Below, in pieces: positions 35,033 to 47,700 of a DNA stretch of 64,000 nt (positions within the stretch are counted from its first letter, which is position 1; every line of letters starts with the position of its first letter). Below the pieces are notes generated by a model. That model was given only the letters and a program-made list of their open reading frames with translations, was not told the DNA's origin and ran no database searches. The position numbers and the translations under genes were made by a program. This stretch comes from a virus, in IMG/VR virus record IMGVR_UViG_3300037419_001822, positions 49,440-113,439 of that record; one strand, 5' to 3'.

Positions 35033-36409
35033 ATGAGCGAGATGATCAAGCGGCTGATGGCCAAGCTGGACGCCGCCGACGAGCGCCGTTCCGAGGTCAT
35101 CACCGCCCGTAAGGCCCTGCTGGACACCGCCGAGGCGGAGCAGCGGGCTGACCTGACCGAGGTCGAGGCCACGGAGTTCCGGGCCAAGACCGACGAGATC
35201 AAGGCCATCGACGCCGAGATCGCCGAGCTGCGCGAGCGCGTGGCCGACCTGGAGGCCGAGGAGGCCCGCACCGCCGAGGCCGCCAAGCGCGCCGCCGAGC
35301 GGAAGCTGCCCGTGGGTGGCGCTCAGGTCACCTCCGAGGAGCTGACCTACCGCAAGAACAACGGCCAGTCCTACATCAAGGACCTGGCGCAGGGCACGAT
35401 CATGAACGACTGGGAGGCCCGCGAGCGCCTCGCCCGTCACGCCAACGAGGTCAAGAAGGCCCCCGAGTTCCAGGAGCTTCGTGCCCTGGACCGGACCGAC
35501 GGCAACGGTGGCTACTTCGTGCCCCCGGCGTGGCTGATGAACGAGTGGATCGAGCTGGCCCGCCCGGGTCGCCCGACCGCGAACCTCGTCAAGACGCTGG
35601 CCCTGCCGCCCGGCACGGACTCGATCAACATCCCGCGTGTCACCAGCGGGACGTCGACCGCGATCCAGACCGCCGACGGCCAGACCGTCAGCGAGACCGA
35701 CCTGAACGACGACTCGATCAACGTGCCGGTCCGCACCATCGCCGGTACGCAGACGATGAGCCAGCAGCTCCTCGACCAGTCGCCGCTCAACTTCGACCAG
35801 ATCGTCTTCGCGGACCTCCTGGCCGACTACGCGGTCAAGCTGGACCTGCAGGTGCTCAACGGTTCGGGTTCCACGGGTCAGATGCTCGGCCTGCTCCAGA
35901 CGGGCAGCATCGGCTCGGTCGCCGTCACCACGGTCGACGCGAACGGCATCTACAACGCGTTCGCGAACGCCGGTCAGGGCATGCACACCAGCCGGTTCCG
36001 CTCGCCCGAGGTCGCCGTCATGCACCCGCGCCGCTGGGCGTGGCTGCTGGCGCAGGTCGACTCCGCCGGTCGTCCGCTGGTCGTGCCCCGCTCGCAGGCC
36101 CCGTCCAACTCGATGGGCACCGGTGGCCTCCTGACCCCCGAGGGCCCGGTCGGCGACTTCCTGGGCGTGCCGGTCGTGCTCGACGCCTCGGTGCCGACCA
36201 ACGTCAACAGCACCGAGGACGTCATCCTGCTGCTCCGTCCGAGCGACTACCTGCTCTACGAGTCGTCCATCCGGACGCGGACGCTGCCGGAGATCAAGTC
36301 CAACACCCTGCAGGTCGTCGTGCAGTGCTACGGGTACACGGCGTTCTCCGCCGAGCGCTACCCGGCGTCGACCTACAAGGTCACCGGCCTCACGGCCCCG
36401 ACGTTCTGA
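35033..36409 (+). CDS. Major capsid protein (HK97 fold, N-terminal delta domain)
   Basis: Coiled-coil N-terminus; GGYFVPP; SQQLLDQS; NGSG; MHPRRW; LGVPVV. Confidence 0.95.
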   Translation: MSEMIKRLMAKLDAADERRSEVITARKALLDTAEAEQRADLTEVEATEFRAKTDEIKAIDAEIAELRERVADLEAEEARTAEAAKRAAERKLPVGGAQVTSEELTYRKNNGQSYIKDLAQGTIMNDWEARERLARHANEVKKAPEFQELRALDRTDGNGGYFVPPAWLMNEWIELARPGRPTANLVKTLALPPGTDSINIPRVTSGTSTAIQTADGQTVSETDLNDDSINVPVRTIAGTQTMSQQLLDQSPLNFDQIVFADLLADYAVKLDLQVLNGSGSTGQMLGLLQTGSIGSVAVTTVDANGIYNAFANAGQGMHTSRFRSPEVAVMHPRRWAWLLAQVDSAGRPLVVPRSQAPSNSMGTGGLLTPEGPVGDFLGVPVVLDASVPTNVNSTEDVILLLRPSDYLLYESSIRTRTLPEIKSNTLQVVVQCYGYTAFSAERYPASTYKVTGLTAPTF

Positions 36410-36425
36410 CCTTGGTCTGAACGTC

Positions 36426-36473
36426 TGACTGCCCCCGGGGCGTCGTCTACCACAGGCGCTCCGGGGGCAGTCA
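36426..36473 (+). terminator. Stem-loop after capsid gene
   Basis: TGACTGCCCCCGG / CCGGGGGCAGTCA 13-bp inverted repeat. Confidence 0.7.
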
Positions 36474-36497
36474 CCCCCATGCAGTAAGGTTGACCAC

Positions 36498-38038
<1,541 letters not shown>

Positions 38039-38133
38039 TCGGTGCCGAGCGCCCCCGAGCCCGCGCCCGAGCCTGCGCCGGATCCTGACCGGTCCAAGCC
38101 ACCCGTTCGCCGCCCGCCTCGGAGGAGACTGCC

Positions 38134-38673
38134 ATGTCCTGGCCCCCGCTGACCTCCGACGGCGATCTGGCCGCGTTCCCCGGCGCGCCGTACGCCGACT
38201 CGATCGTGCGCTCGGCCGAGGCGTCGGTGCGCCGCGACTGCGGCAACTGGCACATCGCGCCGGAGTTCCGCGAGACCGTCGTCGTGGAGTGCGACAACCC
38301 GTGCTGGCTGGTGCTGCCGACCCGCAGGGTGGTCACGCTGCACACGGTCACCGAGGACGACACCTCGACGGCGATCACCGGGGCCCGGGTCCGCGAGGGC
38401 GGCACGCTGCTGCCGCCGGTCGGCGGCCCCCGCTTCGTGGTCGGCTACACGTACTCGATCGACATGACGCACGGCTACGCGGCGGCCGAGGATCTGCTGC
38501 CGACGGTCGCGGCCCGCTGCCAGCGCGCCCAGGTCGACGCGGTGCTCACCCAGCGGTCGGAGACCGTCGGGCAGCGCACCTCCTCGGAGTCGTACAACAT
38601 CAACCGGCTGCAGTTGGAGGCCGGGGCCGACGCGCTGTCGCAGTTCCGGCTGCCGCCGAGGTTCGGTGCCTGA
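38134..38673 (+). CDS. Head-to-tail adaptor
   Basis: AEASVRRDCGNWHIAP..MTHGY; GGAGG RBS; synteny. Confidence 0.75.
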   Translation: MSWPPLTSDGDLAAFPGAPYADSIVRSAEASVRRDCGNWHIAPEFRETVVVECDNPCWLVLPTRRVVTLHTVTEDDTSTAITGARVREGGTLLPPVGGPRFVVGYTYSIDMTHGYAAAEDLLPTVAARCQRAQVDAVLTQRSETVGQRTSSESYNINRLQLEAGADALSQFRLPPRFGA

Positions 38674-39035
38674 TGCCGCAGCTCGGGCAGGAGTTCTACC
38701 TCACCCAGTCGGTGACGCAGCGGAAGGTGCGGCTGGCCGACCCGCCGCAGACCGACTCGCGGGGCAACGACGTGTACACGACGTCCACGGTGACGCTGAC
38801 CGGCGTGTTCTGGGAGCCCCGGCTGTCCACGGGGGTCGAGGACACCGACCGGCAGCAGCACGTCGAGGAGGGCATGGACCTGTTCTGCGCCGACCCGGCC
38901 GCCGACATCGAGGAGACCGACGAGTTCTCGATCGACGGGCAGTGGTTCAAGGTGTCCGCCCCGGTGCGCCGCTACACGAACACCCGCATGGACAACGACT
39001 ACTGCCAGGCCATCCTGAGGCTGGTGAAGGGCTGA
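38673..39035 (+). CDS. Head-to-tail stopper/closure protein
   Basis: DSRGN..DEFSIDGQWFKV..LRLVKG. Confidence 0.75.
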   Translation: MPQLGQEFYLTQSVTQRKVRLADPPQTDSRGNDVYTTSTVTLTGVFWEPRLSTGVEDTDRQQHVEEGMDLFCADPAADIEETDEFSIDGQWFKVSAPVRRYTNTRMDNDYCQAILRLVKG

Positions 39036-39328
39036 TGGCCGACGTCCCGCCGGTCTACGACCAGCTCGGCAAGATCATCGTGAGCAGCAAGCGGGTGCGC
39101 CAGGCCATCGACGCCAAGCGGGCCCGGGTGCAGGCCGAGGCCGAGCGGATCGCCGCCGCCGAGGCCCCCGAGGTCCACATCGGCACCGCCGACGGGGTCC
39201 GGCCCGGCGTGCACGCCGACGACCGCGCGCCGCGCATGTTCGCCCGCGTCGAGGCCCCCATGGACCAGGAGTTCGGCACCAGGTTCGTGGAGATCCGCCG
39301 CATCCTCGGCCGGTCGAGGGACGCCTGA
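39035..39328 (+). CDS. Neck/minor tail protein
   Basis: EFGT..RRILGR; synteny. Confidence 0.65.
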   Translation: MADVPPVYDQLGKIIVSSKRVRQAIDAKRARVQAEAERIAAAEAPEVHIGTADGVRPGVHADDRAPRMFARVEAPMDQEFGTRFVEIRRILGRSRDA

Positions 39329-39723
39329 TGGCCTTCACCTCCCGCGTCGGCAACCCGACCAACGCCACCATGCTCGTGCTGCAGTGGCTGACCGGGTTCG
39401 ACCCGAACGTCCGCGTCGTCACCAAGCTGCCCACCCCGATCCCGGCCGACGGGGTCGTGTGGGTCAAGAGCGTCGGCGGGTTCGCCGACTGGGACGAGGC
39501 CCGCATCCGGGTCGACGTCCAGGTGCTCATCCCCGGCGACGACGGGGCGACCGATCCGATCTGCGCGAACGTGCACATCCGGATGGGCCAGCTCGGCGGG
39601 CAGACCGTCAACGGGCAGGGCGTGCACCTCGTGCGCTGCATGAGCCCGTTCACCCAGCACTTCTGGGCCGAAGACGTGGACCGCCAGCTCGCCACGTACG
39701 AGCTGACGCTGCCCGTCCTCTAA
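39328..39723 (+). CDS. Tail terminator protein
   Basis: VWVKSVGG..RVDVQV..ATYEL; synteny. Confidence 0.7.
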   Translation: MAFTSRVGNPTNATMLVLQWLTGFDPNVRVVTKLPTPIPADGVVWVKSVGGFADWDEARIRVDVQVLIPGDDGATDPICANVHIRMGQLGGQTVNGQGVHLVRCMSPFTQHFWAEDVDRQLATYELTLPVL

Positions 39724-39807
39724 ATCCGTCCACCCACGCCCAACCGCTACCCGCCAGGGGACGCGGATCCGACCCATGCCCTTTCCCCTGAGTAAAGGAG
39801 TACAGCG

Positions 39808-40470
39808 GTGGCAGTCGTCACTGGTACTGACATCTCGACCTTCGAGGGCGGCGACGCCTCGATCGTCCTCCGGCCCACCAAGATGGCCATCCTCATCGCC
39901 CCGCCCGGCACCGCCGCGCTGACGACGATCGTGGACGCCACCGACGGCACGCACCTCTCCCTGCCGGGCGAGTTCAAGTCCGTCGGCTACCTGGAGAAGT
40001 CCGACGGTCTCGGCCTCGCGCCGAAGATCGACACCTCCCCGTCGGAGGCCTACGGCCAGACCCAGCCGATCAACTACTACATCACGGGCTCGACGTTCAC
40101 GGCGAGCTTCACGATGAAGGAGACCAGCAAGGCCGTCCTCGACGCCTACCTGGCGATGGACCTGTCCGGCGTCTCGGCCAGCGGCACCACCAAGGAGGTG
40201 AAGATCACCACCCCGGACGTGCCGAGTGTGCGCTACCCGGCGCTGCTGGCGGTCGGCCAGCACAAGCAGGGCGCCGACGCGATCTGGGTGGCTCACTACA
40301 TGCCCCGCGTGATGATCACGGACATGAAGGAGCAGGGCTGGAAGGACGACGCCGACATGACGTACGGCGTCACCTACACCGCCCTGGTGGACGACACCCT
40401 CGGCACCGCGCGTGACATCTTCATCGCCGGTCCGGGCATGGTCGCCGGTTCCACCGCGATGGGCTTCTGA
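39808..40470 (+). CDS. Major tail protein
   Basis: AAAGGAG RBS; SVGYLEKSDG..EAYG..FTMKET; synteny. Confidence 0.85.
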   Translation: MAVVTGTDISTFEGGDASIVLRPTKMAILIAPPGTAALTTIVDATDGTHLSLPGEFKSVGYLEKSDGLGLAPKIDTSPSEAYGQTQPINYYITGSTFTASFTMKETSKAVLDAYLAMDLSGVSASGTTKEVKITTPDVPSVRYPALLAVGQHKQGADAIWVAHYMPRVMITDMKEQGWKDDADMTYGVTYTALVDDTLGTARDIFIAGPGMVAGSTAMGF

Positions 40471-40485
40471 CCCGTCGCTCAGTCG

Positions 40486-40529
40486 GCGGCGGCGGGCCCG
40501 TTTATGTGGGTGGACCGGCCCGCCGCCGC
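40486..40529 (+). terminator. Stem-loop after major tail gene
   Basis: GCGGCGGCGGGCC / GGCCCGCCGCCGC. Confidence 0.6.
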
Positions 40530-40589
40530 TCCCTTCTGAACCTCCCGTCCACACCCACGCCTCTCCCACTGGACGGAAGGAACTTCGTC

Positions 40590-40796
40590 ATGCCCTTCTC
40601 CCTGATCGCCCCCGACGGCCGCCAGGTCACCGTCGAGAAGCCCGCGCTGGCCGTCCGGCTGCGCGCCCAGGGCTACCGCGACGCCGACCCGGAGCCGGAG
40701 CTGTCGGCCACCGAGCCGCTGCACGACGAGCCGGTCGTCACCGAGCACGTCTTCGTGGAGCTGCACGACTCCGCGACCGCGCACGACGACTTCTGA
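40590..40796 (+). CDS. Small hypothetical protein
   Basis: GGAAGGA RBS; APDG..LRAQGY. Confidence 0.6.
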   Translation: MPFSLIAPDGRQVTVEKPALAVRLRAQGYRDADPEPELSATEPLHDEPVVTEHVFVELHDSATAHDDF

Positions 40797-40836
40797 CCCC
40801 CGCACCACCCAACCCACACAGAAGGACAGCACACCC

Positions 40837-41241
40837 ATGCCTCCGTCCGCCCGCCGCACCCCCGCCAAGAAGACCCCGTCCAAGCCGCAGCACGGCCTGT
40901 TCGAGCGCCTGCGCGCCGAGGCCATGGACGAGGTGCCGGAGATCGAGCCGTACGTCATCCGCGACGTCGACCCGCCGATCGTCATCGAGTCCCCGGACTC
41001 GGCCGAGCAGCAGCTCGCGCTGGCCGCGATGTTCGACAACCAGGGCAACTTCGCCCTCGCCGACGCCCGGCTGATCCTGCAGACCGTCTGCGGCGGCGCG
41101 TTCCCGGCCGTCTGGGAGCTGGTCCGGCACGAGAAGCTGCCGGTGCTGCTGGCCCTGATCCGCGACATGGGCGAGCACTTCAAGGAGCAGGGCGCGCTGG
41201 CCTCCGGCGTCGAGGAGGACGACTTCCCGGGGGGCTCGTAG
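40837..41241 (+). CDS. Tail assembly chaperone (G)
   Basis: Position before TMP; slippery run at 3' end. Confidence 0.8.
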   Translation: MPPSARRTPAKKTPSKPQHGLFERLRAEAMDEVPEIEPYVIRDVDPPIVIESPDSAEQQLALAAMFDNQGNFALADARLILQTVCGGAFPAVWELVRHEKLPVLLALIRDMGEHFKEQGALASGVEEDDFPGGS

Positions 41242-41732
41242 GCCTTGTCGTCCAGCTCGACCGGTACGGCAAGGCCATCGAGCTTGACCTGTGGGAGCGC
41301 CAGGACGACCTGCGGGACTATCTGAACGGCCGTAAGCCGCTGCGTCGGCTGGCCAACATCCTGCAGCACCTGCCCGTCGCCTCGCACTACGTCACCGCCA
41401 AGCGCAACGACCCGGTGCTGGCCGAGGCGACGGTCGCCGCCGCCCCGCAGGACAAGGGGCGGCGGCCCAAGGTCACCCCGCCGCCCACCGAGTGGGACAC
41501 CCCCACCGAGGTGATGGCGGCGATCTTCGACCGGATCGGCGCGCTGATCGTCGCCGTCCAGAACGGCTACGCGGCCGAGCCGATCCGCGAGGCCCCGCCG
41601 CCGTACCCGCGCCCGGTCACCGAGACCGAGCGGGCGAAGAAGCGGGCCGACGACGCCGAGGACCACGCCCTGAACGACCTGATCGCGCAGGCCCACGAGA
41701 CGCATCGCAGACAACTCAACAGGGAGGGGTGA
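41226..41732 (+). CDS. Tail assembly chaperone C-terminal (T) part reached by -1 frameshift
   Basis: CCCGGGGGGC at 41226-41235; -1 frame reads GLVGLVVQLDRYGKAIELDL..LANILQHLP to 41732. Confidence 0.75.
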   Translation, partial: PGGLVGLVVQLDRYGKAIELDLWERQDDLRDYLNGRKPLRRLANILQHLPVASHYVTAKRNDPVLAEATVAAAPQDKGRRPKVTPPPTEWDTPTEVMAAIFDRIGALIVAVQNGYAAEPIREAPPPYPRPVTETERAKKRADDAEDHALNDLIAQAHETHRRQLNREG

Positions 41733-41736
41733 CCCC

Positions 41737-44700
41737 GTGGCGAACGAGGATGTCGTCTGGGTCGATGTACTACCTTCCCTGCAGAGCTTCACCTCGAACC
41801 TCAAGAAGGGGCTGAGCGCCGCCCTCGGCACGGCCCGGTCCTCCGGTTCCGAGGCGGGCCAGGCGTACGGCGAGGGGTTCGCCGGGCGGGCCGAGGCGGC
41901 GCTGTCGGCGGCCCAGTCGAAGGTGCAGGCGGTCACCAAGCGGCTGGCCGACGCCCAGGGCACGCTCACCGTCGCGCAGACCCGGCTCGCCGAGGCCCAG
42001 GCCAAGGGAACCACCTCGGCCACGCAGCTCGCCGCCGCCCACGAGGCGGTCCAGAAGGCGGAGCGCAACGTCGAGCTGCAGACCGGCAACCTGACCCGCG
42101 CGCAGGCGGCGCAGAAGTCGGCCGTCGACCTGGTCGCCTCGGCGAACCGGTCGGCCAAGGACGCGCAGGACAGCCACACCGCGTCGATCCAGGCCAGCAA
42201 CAAGGAGACCGAGAAGGCCCCCGGCCTGATCGAGAAGTTCTCCACCGGCTGGATCAAGACCGCCGCCGTGCTGGGCACCGTCACCTACGCCGCCTACGGC
42301 ATCAAGACCGCGTTCGGTGCGCTGTTCTCCACGATCGACGTCGCCTCCTCCCTGAACGAGGAGGTCAACAAGAGCCGCGTCGTGTTCGGCGACGCCTCCC
42401 AGTCGGTCATCGACTTCGCCGCCAACGCCGCCAAGGGCATGGGCGAGTCCCGGCTGGAGGCGCTGCAGTCCACCGGCATCTTCGGCAACCTGTTCCGCGC
42501 CGTCGGGCTGACCACCGACCAGTCGGCCGTCATGTCGACCAAGCTGGTGCAGCTCGCGTCGGACCTGGCGTCGTTCAACAACGCCGACCCGTCCGAGGTG
42601 CTGCTCGCCATGCGCGCGGGCCTGGTCGGCGAGTCCGAGCCGATGCGCCGCTTCGGTGTCGACCTGTCCGACCTGGCGCTGCGCCAGGAGGCGATGAACC
42701 TCGGCATCTACGACGGCACCGGCGTCCTCAACCAGGCGCAGAAGGCGCAGGCCGCCTACTCGCTGCTGCTCAAGCAGACCACCCTGGCCCAGGGCGACTT
42801 CGTCCGGACCAGCGCCGGGCTCGCGAACTCCACCCGCATCCTCAAGGCCGAGTGGACCGATCTCCAGGGAGCGTTGGGCGGGCTGCTGCTCGGCCCGGCG
42901 ACCGGGGTCGTGCACTGGCTCAACGACCTGCTGCCGCGCATGCAGTCCGGCATCGAGGGCCTGCACAAGTTCGGGCAGGCCTTCGCCGACGGCTTCTCCC
43001 AGGCCGACGGCGCGGCCCGCTCCACCGGCGTCGCCGGTGTGTTCGAGGCGATCGGCCAGCAGGCCCGCAACACCTTCGACTGGGTCAAGTCGCTCACCGA
43101 CCAGATCGCGGGCGCGTTCCGCGCGGGCCTGCACGACGCCGGGCCGGAACTGGCCGGGCTGGGCGGGGCCTTCTCCAACCTGATCCCGGTCCTGAGCAAC
43201 GTCGTCTCCGCCTGGCACGGGCTGATCACCGGCGTCGTGCAGGCGTTCCTGCCGGTGATCCGCGACCTGATCCCGGTGATCGCCCAGCTCGCCACCAGCT
43301 TCGCGACGATCCTCAACTCCGCGCTGCAGAACATCCTGCCGGTCCTGTCCGTGGTCGCCCACGCGCTCGGCCAGGTCGCCCAGGTCGTCGCCGACGTGCT
43401 GGTCAAGGTGCTCGGGCAGGTGTCGGAAATTCTGCCCGGCCTGACCGAGGCCTTCTCCGACGTGGCCACCACCCTGGGCCGGGGCCTGCTGTCGGTGGTC
43501 CAGACGCTGGCTCCGGCCCTGGCCACGCTGGCGCAGACGTTCGGCGGGGTCGTGCAGATCCTGGCCGGGGCGTTCCTGGACGTGGTCAAGGCGCTGGAGC
43601 CGGTGCTGCCGGTGCTGGCGAAGGCGCTGAGCGACATCGCGTCCGCCCTCGCCGGGGCTCTCGCCGACGCGGTCAAGGCCATCTCCCCGGTCCTGCCGGT
43701 GCTGGCGAAGGCGTTCGCCGACATCGCGACCGCCGTCGGCGGTGCGCTGGCGCAGGCGGTCCAGACCCTCGCGCCGCTGCTGCCGCCGCTGGTGGAGGCC
43801 TTCGTCCGGCTGTTCCAGGCCGCGATGCAGCCGCTGTTGCCGATCCTGCCGGTCATCGCCAAGATTTTCACCGACATCGTCGGCGCGCTGGCCCCGCTGG
43901 TGCCCGCCGCCGCCGGGGTGGTTGGCGCGTTCGCGCAGCTCGCCACCAATGTGCTGCCCGCGCTGGCCCCGGTGCTGGGCGCGGTCGCCACCACGGTGCG
44001 GATCCTGGCGCAGGCGTTCGAGGCGCTGCCCGGCCCGCTGCAGGCCCTCGTCGCCGGGTTCGTCATCCTCAAGGCGACCCTCGGCGTCAACATCTTCGAG
44101 AAGGCCGCCAGCTTCCTGTCCGGCTGGGTCGGCGTCGTCCGCTCCAGCACAGGGGCCGTCAGCGGCGCGTTCTCCGGCATGACCGGCGCGGTCAAGGGTG
44201 AGCTGGCCACCCTGGGCGGGGCGTTCACCGCCGCGAAGGTCGCGCAACAGGAGCTGGTCGCCTCCAACTTCGGGCTGGGCACCCAGGCCATCCCGCGCGC
44301 CGTCGGCGACCTCAAGGGCCTGGAGGCCGCCGCCGGTCACGTCGCCTCCCAGGGCTTCGGCGCGATGAAGGGTGCCGCGTCCGGTCTGGTCGGCTTCCTC
44401 GGCGGGCCGTGGGGCCTCGCCATTGCCGGGGCCACCCTCGGCCTGGCCCTGATCATCGAGAAGGTCCAGCGGCACAACGAGGAGGTCCAGAAGGCCACCC
44501 AGGACGTCACCGACTGGTACAAGGCCATGGCCGAGGGCGGCCCGAAGGCGGTCCAGGCGCAGGAGAACCTGCGGGAGAAGCAGGAGGAGCTGGCCCAGGC
44601 CGAGCGGGACCTGGCCGATCTGCAGGCCCACCATATCCAGGACACCGGCCGGGCGGCCGGGGCCACCACCGACTACTCGACCAAGACCCAGGCCCTCAAG

Positions 44701-47700
44701 GACAAGATCGCCGACCTGAAGGGGGAGCTGGACCGGGGCTCGAAGGCCTACCAGGACTACTACAACTCGCTGACGCCGAACCAGAAGCGCACCGAGGATC
44801 TCACCCAGGCGCAGAACGACCTAGACCTGGCCTTCGAGAAGTACGGGGCCAACTCGCCGCAGGTGGCGGCGGCGTCCGAGGCGGTGCGCCAGGCGCAGGA
44901 GAAGCTCAACCAGACCGAGCGCGACCAGAAGTCGGCGGTCGAGGGGGCCACCGGCGCGTTCCGCGACTACGTGACCGCCCAGCTCGGCGCGGCCAATGCC
45001 TCGCTGGGGCTGCAGTCCGGCCTGCTGAGCGCCTCGGGGGCGATCGACCAGTACAACAAGGGCGTCGCCGACGGCACCCTGAAGGGCAACGAGCGGGCGC
45101 AGGCCGAGAACTCGCTGTCGCAGAGCATCGTCTCCACGGTCGAGGCGGCCGGTCGCGCCGCCGCGCAGGCGCTGGGCCCGTCCGCGTCGGCGGCCGACCA
45201 GTCCATCGCCTCCGCGCACGCCCAGCGGGCGGCGTTCGAGACGCTGGTCGGGCAGCTCGGCTTCATCCCGCCGTCCCTGCAGGGCGTCGCCGACAGCCTG
45301 GGCATCACCAGCCAGTCGATGGACGGCGTCCGCACCAACGGGATCGACCCGCTGGACCAGAAGTTCTACGACCTGGCGCAGGGCACCCTGCAGGGCACCG
45401 TCGCCGACACGTTCCGCAACGTCCTGCCCGACGCCATCGGCACCACCGACGAGTCGCTGAACCGGCAGGCCGCGCTCGGCGGCCCGATCGACCAGAACAG
45501 CCAGGCCTGGAAGGACTACCTGAAGTCGCTGTCCGGCTGGGGCACCACCTACGACGCCGAGACCGGGCAGTGGATCGGCGCGACCAGCACCGGGCTGCAG
45601 ACCCAGGCGGCCCCCGGCGGGCCGCTGGACCAGAACAGCGCGGCCTGGCAGACCTATCTGAAGTCGCTGTCCGGCTGGGGCACGTCGTACGACGCGGAGA
45701 CCGGCCAGTGGATCGGGGCCGTCGACAGCGCGCTGAACAACCAGGCCGGGACCGGTGGGACGCTGGCCCGCAACCAGCAGTCCTGGCACGACTACGTGGC
45801 CGGGATCGCCGCCGACATCGGCGGCCTGTTCGGCTTCGGCGGCGGCGCGGGCGCGCTGCCCGGCGCGGTCGCGCACGCCAACGCCTCGCTGGACGGGCAG
45901 GCCGCGCCCGGCGGCCCGATCTGGGGCAACGAGAACGCCTGGCACGGGGCCACCGACAACATCGGCGGCTACAGCTCCGGCCTGTGGGGCTCCGGCGGCA
46001 CCGTGCCCTCCGCGCTGGACAACACCAACACCTGGCTGGGCAAGCAGGCCACCCAGGATCTGCCCGCCAGCCAGAAGTCCTGGCACGACTACGTCTCCGG
46101 GCTGACCGCCGACATCCTCGGCCTGTTCGGGTTCAAGGGCGGCTCCGGTGCGCTGCCCGGCGCGCTGGCCAACGGCTCGGTGCAGCTCGACGCGTTCCAG
46201 ACCCACGCCACCGGCCAGCTCGACATCGTCAACGCCGACTTCACCACGACGGCGTCCACGGCGCAGACCCAGATGGGGCTGATCGAGGCCCACATCGCCG
46301 GGCCGATGACCACGTCGCTGATCAACTTCTCCACGACGGCGACCACGCACACCGGCATCATCAACGCCGCCTTCACGACCATGCAGCAGACCAGCAGCGC
46401 CCGCATGGTCGACGTGGAGAACCACATCTACGGGCCGATGACGGCCGCGCTGGTCGCGTTCTCCACCAACTCGGCGAACACCCGCGACTCGATCGACAAC
46501 TCCTACACCGTGATGCGCGACGTCACCTCCGGCCGGATGGTCGACGTCGAGAACCACATCTACGGCCCGATGACCAACTCGCTGGTCACCCTGGCCAACA
46601 ACTCCTGGAACATGTCCGGGCAGGTCCAGAACTCCTTCTGGGCCATGTCCAACGGGGCGATCAACGCCTCCAACGTCGCCGCCTCGGGCATCAACGCCGC
46701 CTGGGACCGGATCAAGGCCGGGGTCGCCGGGCCGGTCAACTTCGTCATCGTCAACGCCATCGGCGGCGCGCTGATCCCCGCGTTCAACAACGTGGCGGCG
46801 GCGGTCGGCATCGCCGGGATCGGCGTCGGCCTGCCCAGCGTGAAGCTCGCCGAGGGCGGGCAGGTGCCCGGCCTCGCCGACGGCGGGCAGATCGGCGGGG
46901 CGTACATCGGCCCCAAGGTCGACAACGTCCCCGGCATCATCCAGTTCGGCAACGGCGGCGCCGCCCCGGTGCGGCTCAACCCCCGCGAGTACGTCCAGCC
47001 CGTCTCCTCGGTCAACCAGTACGGCGTCGGGTTCATGGAGGCCGTGCGGACCGGCGCGTTCCCCACCGCCATCGCCCGCGCGTTCGCCGACGGCGGGCTG
47101 ATCCCCGGCCTGGCCACCGGCGGCATGACCTACCCGGCGCTGGAGGCGTGGGTCCGGGCCAACCTGCCCGGCGCGGTCATCACCTCGGCCTACCGGCCGG
47201 GCGCGAACGACTACCACGGCGCCGGGGACGCCGTGGACATCTCCTACCCGGGCAACCCGCAGTCGCTGAACATGCCCGCCGCCGCGAAGATCGCCGCCTC
47301 GTTCGGCGGGATCACCGAGCTGATCCACAACCCGAACGAGTCGATCAAGAACGGGCAGGTCGTGCCCCCGTCGTTCTGGGGCGCGGCGACCTGGGCCGAG
47401 CACGCCAACCACGTGCACTGGGCGATGACACCGCAGGCGTTGACCGGCGGCGGCGCGATCGTCGGCGGCGGCGGCCCGCCGGTCGGCATCATGGTCAACG
47501 GGCAGCTCATGACCTCCTCCGGGCAGGTCGGCTCGTACCTGACGTCGGCCGTGGACGGCGCGCTCGGGCAGCTTCCCGGCCGCTACGGCAACACGCAGCT
47601 CACCCGCTACCTGACCGACTTCACGCACTCGCTGACCAACCGGGTGTTCGGGCACGTCCAGGGCCGCATCGACTCGGCCATCGCCGCCACCGCCGCGCTG

